This document shows, piece after piece, positions 56,211 through 64,000 of a DNA stretch of 64,000 nt. Below the pieces are notes generated by a model. The model was given only the letters and a program-made list of their open reading frames with translations, did no database searches and was not told the DNA's origin. Source of the stretch: an uncultured Candidatus Saccharibacteria bacterium (GTDB taxonomy: Bacteria > Patescibacteriota > Minisyncoccia > Phycocordibacterales > UBA9973); NCBI GenBank assembly GCA_964646765.1, contig CAZYIA010000001.1, positions 151,339 to 215,338 on the forward strand, given 5' to 3'. Each line of letters starts with the position of its first letter. Positions within the stretch are counted from its first letter, which is position 1. A program made the translations under genes and the position numbers.

Positions 56211-56900
56211 ATGGAAAAAGGTCGAACTGGTATACTTCTAACCATATCAGTAGCTAATATTTCTGTCGTTATGAAAACTCATATGTATAATCGAGGTATC
56301 GCACCACTTATTATTGTGCTTGTCCTAGCGCTTGCAGTTGCTGTTGGCGGTGGCGCATATTATGTGCAAAAGCATAAAATTAGTACTCAAAGTGAAATTA
56401 ACGCTTCAACCCAAACTGAGTCAAATACGCAAGCTAACTCAAATAATGAAATTTCAGCAGGTTTGAATGCTGGCGTAACACTCAATAGTGGTACCATTCG
56501 CAGTTTGCTTTCAATCGGTAAAGATGTTGCGTGTACTTTTTCTGGAACAAATTCTCAAGGCACGGTAACTGGTACGAGCTACATTTCTGGCACCATGATG
56601 CGTGGTGACTTTACCTTAGAGTCTAAAGCTACCGGTACCGTTAACTCACACATGATTCGAAATGGTAATGATGTGTATGTTTGGACCGGTTCACAAGGTG
56701 CCAAGATGAGTTTTAGTGCTGTTACTGGTAGCGATACAAAAGCTAAGAGCGGTGTAGATCTCGATAGTACTGTGCAATATACCTGTAAGGATTGGACGAA
56801 AGATACTTCAAAGTTTACGCTTCCGACTGGAGTTTCGTTTCTCGACATTAACGCAATGCTTCAAGGTCAGGCAAACTTCAAACTCCCAGCCCACTATTAG
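56211..56900 (+). CDS. Secreted/membrane-anchored Ser/Thr/Gly-rich protein (alternative start 56271)
   Basis: Signal-anchor GIAPLIIVLVLALAVAVGGGAYYV; low-complexity T/S/G-rich body. Confidence 0.5.
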   Translation: MEKGRTGILLTISVANISVVMKTHMYNRGIAPLIIVLVLALAVAVGGGAYYVQKHKISTQSEINASTQTESNTQANSNNEISAGLNAGVTLNSGTIRSLLSIGKDVACTFSGTNSQGTVTGTSYISGTMMRGDFTLESKATGTVNSHMIRNGNDVYVWTGSQGAKMSFSAVTGSDTKAKSGVDLDSTVQYTCKDWTKDTSKFTLPTGVSFLDINAMLQGQANFKLPAHY

Positions 56901-56916
56901 TTGAGCAGATACTTCT

Positions 56917-56947
56917 AAAAACAACCAGGATGTCCTGGTTGTTTTTT
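56917..56947 (+). terminator. Intrinsic terminator
   Basis: AACAACCAGGA-TG-TCCTGGTTGTT then TTTT. Confidence 0.6.
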
Positions 56948-56995
56948 ATATACAAAAGAGGGAAGAAGGAGATGTTTCTAAGCTGGTTCTAATAA

Positions 56996-57024
56996 TTGAC
57001 ACACATTATTTTGATATGTATAGT
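56996..57024 (+). promoter_or_regulatory. Sigma70-like promoter TTGACA-N17-TATAGT
   Basis: Consensus hexamers. The ORF-track start at 56996 is probably this -35 element read as a TTG start. Confidence 0.4.
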
Positions 57025-57040
57025 AAACAAAAAACAGAAT

Positions 57041-57448
57041 ATGAAAGACAAACAACTACAATCCTTATTGAATGAAATTTTTGGTGCACAGCCAGGTCTT
57101 CATGTAGAAGAAGTTCCAACTGAAACTGTTGAGAAGTACGATTTACCAATTAAATCTGGAATCGTGTATCAACTTAACGTAAAAAGTAACGTTCATAAAG
57201 ACCTTACTCGCTTTGTGTGTTATATTGCGCCACACGATAACGAAAGCACTGCAGCTGTGTTTGCAACCACTTTTTTACGGAAGAAAAATGCCGAATCAAT
57301 CTTAAAGGCACTTCCAAAGTCAGGCGAAATCTGTGGCGACAGTGTTTATTACAGTGAATTTTCACTTAATGAGCCAGCCGCCAAGTTCGAAGGTTTGTTG
57401 AAGGCGATAAAGACGCTGCAAAAAGAACCCAGAGGAAGTTTTACGTAA
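57041..57448 (+). CDS. Hypothetical protein (135 aa from ATG 57041)
   Basis: ORF downstream of a consensus promoter. Confidence 0.5.
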   Translation: MKDKQLQSLLNEIFGAQPGLHVEEVPTETVEKYDLPIKSGIVYQLNVKSNVHKDLTRFVCYIAPHDNESTAAVFATTFLRKKNAESILKALPKSGEICGDSVYYSEFSLNEPAAKFEGLLKAIKTLQKEPRGSFT

Positions 57449-57574
57449 CATATTTATTTACTAAGTATATAAACAGTTTATAGGCAGGCTCATATATTTG
57501 AGTTCTGCCTATATTCTTAGAAGAAAGGGTCGTAAAAGATATATTGTGCGACGTTAAGCTAAAAAAGAAATAGG

Positions 57575-57610
57575 CCTAAGATAGGCCCAATTTCTTATTT
57601 CCCCACCAAC
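57575..57610 (-). terminator. Intrinsic terminator for the CAP-domain gene
   Basis: Minus-strand reading GGCCTA-TCT-TAGGCC then TATTTCTTTTTT. Confidence 0.4.
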
Positions 57611-57619
57611 TCAAATCAG

Positions 57620-58633
57620 CTATTCGTGGCTTGCGCCAGTATGTGCCACAACGCATGAGTTATAGGAATTTACTTCAGCATTGTATTCGGTAATTTTAGC
57701 TTTCAGGTCGGCAATCAGATTATTGTAGTCATTTACCATCTGATTATATTCCTGCACGTACTGTTCATGTTCGTAAGTGTACGTACTGGTGCTATCTATT
57801 TGCTGCTTCTTAGCAGTAATTTGATCCTTGAGAGCGTCAGCTTGAGCTGTTTTTGCATCAACCTCAAGTTTCAGTTTTGGATCAATAGTAGGACATGCAT
57901 TAGATGGGAGTCCAAAGTGTTGAGTAATCATCCAAACTTCCCTGCCTTTAAACATACCAACCCGGGCGCCAATACCAATTTCGGTATAGTTCTTATTCAA
58001 AATGTTGGCACGATGACCAGGACTATTCATCCACGCAGTTACCACATCGTTGGCAGATGAAAAATTACCATAGGCAAGATTTTCACCAATCGTGATGTAG
58101 GTATAGCCAACTTTCGCTACAACTTGATCAAGAGTCACACCAGTTGGCGAAACGTGGTCAAAATATTGTCTCGAAAGCATGTCGTTTACTTTCATCAGTG
58201 CGCTTTGGTCAAGTAGTACGCTTTCGGTAAGTGGCGAAAGTCCAGCGTTAACTCGTTCCTTATTAGTTGCTACGATAACGCTTTCGATAGTAATTGGGCC
58301 ATTAATGTTTACTTCTGTTTGCTGCTCTGGTGGTAGCGGCCCAGGGGTTTGCACGTTTGTCGTCGCAGGTACTGGTTTTACCGTTTTAACTGGTGCTGTA
58401 GTAATTGGAGTTAAAGCTGTGCTCGTATTTTGCGAGTCGGTATTCGTAGTAGTATTAGAATTTTGCTCTAATTTGCTAAATAATTTTCCAGTTGGTAATT
58501 CAGGAGCAACCTGGTTAAGAACTGTCTCGGTTTTGTGTGCGACTTTTATCGCAGTTGGTCGAATATCATCCCAAAGTAGATACATCGTACCTACCACAAA
58601 AATAAATATGACAATGTTACCAATCAAACGCAT
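57620..58633 (-). CDS. Membrane-anchored CAP/SCP (PR-1-like, YkwD-type) domain protein with a Thr/Pro-rich linker and a C-terminal coiled-coil-like region
   Basis: NKERVNAGLSPL..AWMNSPGHRANILNKNYTEIGIG CAP motifs; N-terminal TM. Confidence 0.75.
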   Translation of the reverse strand: MRLIGNIVIFIFVVGTMYLLWDDIRPTAIKVAHKTETVLNQVAPELPTGKLFSKLEQNSNTTTNTDSQNTSTALTPITTAPVKTVKPVPATTNVQTPGPLPPEQQTEVNINGPITIESVIVATNKERVNAGLSPLTESVLLDQSALMKVNDMLSRQYFDHVSPTGVTLDQVVAKVGYTYITIGENLAYGNFSSANDVVTAWMNSPGHRANILNKNYTEIGIGARVGMFKGREVWMITQHFGLPSNACPTIDPKLKLEVDAKTAQADALKDQITAKKQQIDSTSTYTYEHEQYVQEYNQMVNDYNNLIADLKAKITEYNAEVNSYNSCVVAHTGASHE

Positions 58634-58675
58634 ACCGCATAATTATATCACGCAGTAGAAATATTTTTGTTACGT

Positions 58676-59077
58676 TTACTGGCATACTTTGGCTAAACGA
58701 TAGCCTGCGGATTGCGCGACGCTCTCAGTATCAAACCAGACTTTGTTTTCCTCTTTTATCCGACTTCCAGAGCCGCATGATTCAAAGTAATATGTTGTTC
58801 CATTTTTTGAAGCAAAGACATTTTCAGAAGTATGTGTACTTTTGGTGATTTCTGAACTCAGAATTGGCTCACTATTAGGCAATAGTTTTTGGTTTGAGAC
58901 AAGAGAACGGTCTGCCGTAATAATCGTTACTCCCCCATCCCCTTCGGTAAACCCAATCGCTGATAATCGCCCAAGGCCAAAACAACCAAGTGAAATAAGG
59001 ATAAAAATGAAAAAAGAGGCTACTGGCTCATAAAAACTTGGCTGCTTGATTTTTTCTCGAATTTCATGTATATTCAT
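58676..59077 (-). CDS. Membrane-anchored protein with a C-terminal Ada-type metal-binding-like domain
   Basis: TTYYFESCGSGSRIKEENKVWFDTESVAQSAGYRLAKVC resembles the Ada_Zn_binding pattern (C..ENxVFF..AGxRxCKxC). Weak. Confidence 0.4.
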   Translation of the reverse strand: MNIHEIREKIKQPSFYEPVASFFIFILISLGCFGLGRLSAIGFTEGDGGVTIITADRSLVSNQKLLPNSEPILSSEITKSTHTSENVFASKNGTTYYFESCGSGSRIKEENKVWFDTESVAQSAGYRLAKVCQ

Positions 59078-59166
59078 CAGGGATTATTGTATTTAATTTC
59101 GCTGTATTTTCTAGGTTCGGCTTTAGATTTTGTTTAAAGCTAGTATCTAACAGCTAGTATTATTGT

Positions 59167-59439
59167 ATGGCACATCGTAAAGCCGCGGGAACAGCCAAAA
59201 ACCTACGGGACTCAAATCCTAAATATCTCGGTACCAAGCTCTATGATGGTGAGCACGCTCAGGCAGGTTCAATCATCATCCGTCAGCGCGGAAGCCGCAT
59301 TCTCGCCGGAAAGAACGTTAAGGCTGGAAAAGACTACACTCTCTTTGCTCTCAAAGAAGGCACCGTAAAGTTCACTTCAACTCGCAAGACGAACTTTGAC
59401 GGAAAAGTTGCAGTCAAGAAAGTAGTAAACGTTATCTAA
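59167..59439 (+). CDS. rpmA: 50S ribosomal protein L27
   Basis: [29 protein letters not shown].. bL27. Confidence 0.95.
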   Translation: MAHRKAAGTAKNLRDSNPKYLGTKLYDGEHAQAGSIIIRQRGSRILAGKNVKAGKDYTLFALKEGTVKFTSTRKTNFDGKVAVKKVVNVI

Positions 59440-59444
59440 CAAAA

Positions 59445-59468
59445 ATCTCCCCTTTGGGGAGTTTTTTG
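59445..59468. terminator. Bidirectional intrinsic terminator (rpmA on +, gpmI on -)
   Basis: CTCCCC-TTT-GGGGAG then TTTTTTG. Confidence 0.55.
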
Positions 59469-59469
59469 T

Positions 59470-60978
59470 TTATGCAATCAAGTTTTTTCCAGTCATTGTT
59501 TTTGGTACTGGAAGATTAAAGAGCGAGAGCATTGTTGGCGCGACATCAGCAAGCGTGCCGTTAGAAAGTTTTATATTTTCTTTGGTAAGAATTACTGGTA
59601 CACGGTTCAAGGTATGCGCAGTATGTTTTTCATGCGTTTCTTGATCAATATTGAGTTCGGCATTTCCATGATCGGCGGTAATAAGCGCTACGCCGCCGTG
59701 AGCTGTAAGAGCTTCAATAAACCGTTTTAGTTCGCGATCAATTGTTTCAACGGCAATAACAATTGCTTCTTTATTTGCTGTATGGCCAACCATGTCTGCG
59801 TTGGCGTAGTTAATGAAAATAAAGTTGGTGCCTTTTTCAATTTGCTCGATAGCTTTGTCGGTAATTTCTTTCGCGCGCATCTCTGGAGCTAAGTCGTGTG
59901 TCGGTACATCTTTTCGGCTCGGAACTAAAATATGCTCTTCACCAGCATGTGGAGCTTCGCGACCACCGTTTAAAAAGTACGTTGCGTGCGGATATTTTTC
60001 GGTTTCGGCAATGTGCGCTTGTGTAAAGCTAGCGTTTGAAAGTTCGTTAGCTAAAGTCGTTTCAATAGTTCCTGGCAGAAATGCTGCATGTTCGCTTAAA
60101 TCTTTCTCGTATTGTGTAAGAGTTACAAGTTTTATATTTTTTTCTTTTGCGTGCTCAAGAATTTTCTTCGTGAGCATGCGAGCACGATCAGGACGATAGT
60201 TAAAGAAGAATACGCCATCGTTATTTTCTATGGTGTAGGCTTTACCACTCTCGTCTAAAAATACATGTGGCTCAAGATGTTCATCAAGCACACCATCTTT
60301 ATAGAGCGCTTTCAAAATAGCTGAAGGTGTACGAGTAATGTGTGTTTTACCCTTACCGTGGAAAATAGCTTGTTCAGCTTTAGCTAAGCGATCCCAGTTG
60401 TGGTCGCGATCCATCGCATAAAAGCGGCCAGAAGCGGTAGCGATAAAACCAATACCAAGTTCTTCTAAGAGATTTTCGAGCTCTTTAAGTGATTGATGTG
60501 CACTTTGTGGTGGAGTATCACGGCCGTCGGTAAACACGTGAATGGCAATTTTTTCTATTCCAAATTCTTTCGCCGCTTTTAAAATACCGTGCAAATGGGC
60601 ATGATGGCTATGAATGCCGCCTGGTGAAAGAAGCCCCATTAAATGAAGCGTACTTCCCTCTTTTTGCACATGCTCAAATAGCTCGCTAATTTTTGGATTT
60701 GTTGGAAATTCACCGCGGTTCATAGCTTTGGTGATGCGAACTAAATCGGTATCAATTATTTTTCCAGCACCAATCGTCATATGGCCAATTTCACTGTTAC
60801 CAATTTGCCCGGATGGTAGCCCAACATCCTCGCCTGATGCATCAAGTACCGCATGCGGATATCTCACCAAAAGCGAATCAAAAAACGGTGTCTTTGCTTC
60901 CGCAATGGCGTTATCTTGTGTATCTTCCCGATGCCCCCAGCCATCGAGAATAATTAGAGCAATCTGATTATTTTCCAT
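59470..60978 (-). CDS. gpmI: 2,3-bisphosphoglycerate-independent phosphoglycerate mutase
   Basis: LIILDGWGHRED..; full-length iPGM (502 aa). Confidence 0.9.
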   Translation of the reverse strand: MENNQIALIILDGWGHREDTQDNAIAEAKTPFFDSLLVRYPHAVLDASGEDVGLPSGQIGNSEIGHMTIGAGKIIDTDLVRITKAMNRGEFPTNPKISELFEHVQKEGSTLHLMGLLSPGGIHSHHAHLHGILKAAKEFGIEKIAIHVFTDGRDTPPQSAHQSLKELENLLEELGIGFIATASGRFYAMDRDHNWDRLAKAEQAIFHGKGKTHITRTPSAILKALYKDGVLDEHLEPHVFLDESGKAYTIENNDGVFFFNYRPDRARMLTKKILEHAKEKNIKLVTLTQYEKDLSEHAAFLPGTIETTLANELSNASFTQAHIAETEKYPHATYFLNGGREAPHAGEEHILVPSRKDVPTHDLAPEMRAKEITDKAIEQIEKGTNFIFINYANADMVGHTANKEAIVIAVETIDRELKRFIEALTAHGGVALITADHGNAELNIDQETHEKHTAHTLNRVPVILTKENIKLSNGTLADVAPTMLSLFNLPVPKTMTGKNLIA

Positions 60979-60981
60979 AAA

Positions 60982-61653
60982 TTAAAAGCGTTTATATATT
61001 TCAGTGATAATTTTTTCTGTGGCAGTTTTGTTGTAAATGCAAAGTTCAGTAACTTCTTCTCCGGTTTCTTTAAGTTCGTAGGCTTTGGTTTTATTAATTT
61101 TTATATTACCTACTAAATTTGGTTCACCAATTTTAAACCCTTCTTGTTGAATCGGTAAAGTTACTTTCATCCCGTTCGTTTCAATGACGTATTCTCCTTG
61201 ACCTTCTTTAGTAACATCAATGACATCAATATGCTTTTTATTATTGACTAAATCTCGAATTTTTCTTGGAAATGAAGCAGGGACACATGTATTTTCAATA
61301 CTAACTCCTGTATCAGAATCATTTGTCAGTTTAAGTAAGTAAGTGTGCAGTTGGGGTGAAGTAAATTTAAGATAAGAAAATGGCTCTTTTCCTTCTGTTA
61401 ACTGTCGAGAATAAAATGGGAAATAAATTTTCTTTTTCGAAAAGGAAGAATTATATGGTGAGATAAATTTCTCAAAAATATCTTGGGCACAGTAATCGAA
61501 GAGTTCTGTTGAGTTAGCTAAAATATCCCCAACTGAATGAGCGACATCATTAATGTCAGTTCCTTCCATTTTTGCCTTAAAAAGGACGTCACCAAGGTCA
61601 TTAATTTTACTAGAAATATACTTCAGTTTTTCTTTAATATTATCTTGTCGCAT
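60982..61653 (-). CDS. Hypothetical protein (223 aa) between Cys-rich paralog B and gpmI
   Basis: 3-nt and 22-nt gaps to its neighbours; no family recognised. Confidence 0.55.
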   Translation of the reverse strand: MRQDNIKEKLKYISSKINDLGDVLFKAKMEGTDINDVAHSVGDILANSTELFDYCAQDIFEKFISPYNSSFSKKKIYFPFYSRQLTEGKEPFSYLKFTSPQLHTYLLKLTNDSDTGVSIENTCVPASFPRKIRDLVNNKKHIDVIDVTKEGQGEYVIETNGMKVTLPIQQEGFKIGEPNLVGNIKINKTKAYELKETGEEVTELCIYNKTATEKIITEIYKRF

Positions 61654-61675
61654 TTTTGGAATCTATAATCTTCCC

Positions 61676-63376
61676 CTATATTACTTCCTTCTGATAACAA
61701 CTTTCACAATACACCTTTTCCGGCCGCTCTGGCGAGTAACTGGTCTCGACTTCAGTTCCGCACTTATCACAAGTACGCTTCCAAAGCTTCATTGGATTTT
61801 GCTTAGCCAAGCGGCGCTTGTGGCGCTCGTCAGGATGTAGTCGCGGCAGAGGAATATTCATTGTTTTATAAAATTGGAACTCGGCAGGAGTTAAGCGAAA
61901 TGCTCGTCCTGATATTTCACATTCAATGACTTCCTTCATAATTATGTCGCTAACAAAACGAATATCATCAGGCAAATCTTTTGCCTTTATAGTTATTGTG
62001 TGAGCGTTTTTCTCAATTTCTTTATATCGAAAACCATTTTTCTCGGCTTCATCTTTTGAAAGTGGAAAGTAGCTATTGGCTAAACTTTCGTTATAGGCAA
62101 AAAGTGAAATCTCGCTTGGGAAAAATTCGCCATACTTATATACGCGCCCAAGTTTGTCGATATACGGCATATCCATCATATGCTGTTTTATTTTTGGTAT
62201 GAGCGCTTCGTATTCTTCCTTCGTATATTGCTTGTTTAAAATGCAGTACTCTTTATTTTTGAGTCCAACGCAGCCGAAAATATTTTTATTAGGGGAAACT
62301 ATGTGGTACGAGTATTCGATATTCGTGCCTGGCGCCCAAGCATCAAAACAAAACTTCACCATATCCTCACTGTCACCTGCTCCCATACATTCGTAAATGC
62401 GGGTGGCGTTTTGACCCCAGAAAGTCATATCATAACAGTCTCGAGCCGGCTTATAGAAAACAAATTGGCAATATTTAGAATCTTCTACTGCAATGTTATA
62501 GAAACTATCAAAAACGTTTTTACAATCGAATAAAATATCGCCAGAGACATTTTTATTGTGCACCCCGTGCATATAGCGTACCGGAGCGGTTTTATGAAAT
62601 GCTGCCGCCTGCTTTTTTAGATTTTCAACCACAGTGTATGAACCGAGATTATATTTTTTTATTTCCTCGGCATACGATTCTTTTGTATATGGCTGATTAA
62701 AAATGTAATACGACTTATTTCGTAAGTTAACGCAGCCGAAACAATTTTGACAGCCGTATAAATCTTTTGAAAAGTACACATCAACACAGTCTTCGCAGTT
62801 CTCTGAATAAAATGTTCGGTAACAGTTACCAACGTATGCACATTCGTACGACAGTTCACATGAAGCACTGCCATACATATCGAAACATTTTTTGGCGTAT
62901 CGAGTGAATGTTGTGTAGCTAGATTCCTCACTAAAAGCAGTATTGGTAACCAAGTAGCAATCCTTGTTATACGTGCCCATATTGGTGTATTCAGAGCGAA
63001 TGAGTGTGGTGTACTGACTCTGGAGCGAAAACTGCGGTACCTTTCGTAACAGTTCGCCAAATTGGGTAAAGAATGGTCGAGAAAAGTCATAGTCTTGGCC
63101 GTAGTCTAGCGCGTCCCAGTTGTCACTCCACCAAGCTTTTGGTGAATATACTGGAACTTCTGCATCTTGAGGAAAAAGTGAAACTACCGACTCCCCTGTC
63201 ATGTCGCAGGTGCGTTTATAGAAAGTGCGTTCATTTAAAAAACTCATGCGGCGCTGAGCCCGGCATTGAGGGCAAAATGTTGGCGGCGGCACCTCAACCT
63301 TTTTATAGAAATCGAAATCGTCTGTTGTTATTTCAAACGACTGCTTGCAAGCTTGGCATGATTTCGTTTCGTTCAT
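61676..63376 (-). CDS. Large cysteine-rich protein (566 aa), copy B of the paralogous pair
   Basis: Same architecture as 41940..43652, with identity throughout (N-terminal CQACKQSFEITTDDFDFYKKVEVPPPTFCPQCR; NCFGCVNLRNKSYYIFNQPYTKESY; IFGCVGLKNKEYCILNKQYTKEEYEA; ERPEKVYCESCYQKEVI). The C-terminal ribbon has degenerated (PLPRLHPDERH). Confidence 0.8.
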   Translation of the reverse strand: MNETKSCQACKQSFEITTDDFDFYKKVEVPPPTFCPQCRAQRRMSFLNERTFYKRTCDMTGESVVSLFPQDAEVPVYSPKAWWSDNWDALDYGQDYDFSRPFFTQFGELLRKVPQFSLQSQYTTLIRSEYTNMGTYNKDCYLVTNTAFSEESSYTTFTRYAKKCFDMYGSASCELSYECAYVGNCYRTFYSENCEDCVDVYFSKDLYGCQNCFGCVNLRNKSYYIFNQPYTKESYAEEIKKYNLGSYTVVENLKKQAAAFHKTAPVRYMHGVHNKNVSGDILFDCKNVFDSFYNIAVEDSKYCQFVFYKPARDCYDMTFWGQNATRIYECMGAGDSEDMVKFCFDAWAPGTNIEYSYHIVSPNKNIFGCVGLKNKEYCILNKQYTKEEYEALIPKIKQHMMDMPYIDKLGRVYKYGEFFPSEISLFAYNESLANSYFPLSKDEAEKNGFRYKEIEKNAHTITIKAKDLPDDIRFVSDIIMKEVIECEISGRAFRLTPAEFQFYKTMNIPLPRLHPDERHKRRLAKQNPMKLWKRTCDKCGTEVETSYSPERPEKVYCESCYQKEVI

Positions 63377-63381
63377 AAAAA

Positions 63382-64000
<619 letters not shown>

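Overview
This is a compact bacterial chromosome segment. GC is visibly low to moderate, genes are tightly packed and often overlap by 1-4 nt, and about 75 CDS are supported. There are no rRNA or tRNA genes, no CRISPR arrays and no obvious transposase or integrase.

Housekeeping content:
- Chaperones: dnaK and dnaJ, which are about 9 kb apart with no grpE between them.
- Aminoacyl-tRNA synthetases: cysS, trpS, aspS (short 461-aa form) and gltX.
- Replication and repair: dnaB, recR and lexA. lexA sits behind a GAAC-N4-GTTC SOS box.
- Cell envelope: a short MurE-like ligase, mraY, ftsW and murG, plus a type IV pilin.
- Ribosomal proteins: rplU and rpmA, about 31 kb apart.
- Central metabolism and other: gpmI, a partial eno, fumC, an aspartate-type aminotransferase, cfa, msrA, two HAD hydrolases, corA and scpA/scpB.

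Less ordinary content:
- A polyamine island: a short SpeA-type arginine decarboxylase, a deoxyhypusine-synthase-like protein, a DUF62-like SAM hydrolase and an agmatinase.
- A putative modification or biosynthetic cluster: Leu/Phe dehydrogenase, a PaaK/F390-synthetase-like ligase, a ThiF/E1-like protein, a tandem nitroreductase-like protein and an orphan histidine kinase.
- A 1047-aa secreted multidomain protein (beta-helix, SH3b and SLT lytic transglycosylase), divergent from a C39-like peptidase across a 36-bp perfect palindrome.
- A T-box leader upstream of aspS.
- A TrpR-like gene coupled to trpS.
- A SWIB-domain protein.
- A pair of translationally coupled micro-ORFs (59 aa Cys/His-rich, 47 aa Lys-rich) missing from the ORF track.

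The most unusual feature is two diverged paralogs of a roughly 570-aa cysteine-rich protein with an internal tandem module duplication and zinc-ribbon-like ends. One follows murG in the cell-wall operon and the other sits between eno and gpmI.

Lineage cannot be assigned from sequence alone. Type IV pilin, the short AspRS, SWIB and the PaaX-like regulator suggest a small-genome Patescibacteria-like organism. The T-box and the Cheo-type LexA box suggest a Gram-positive-like one.
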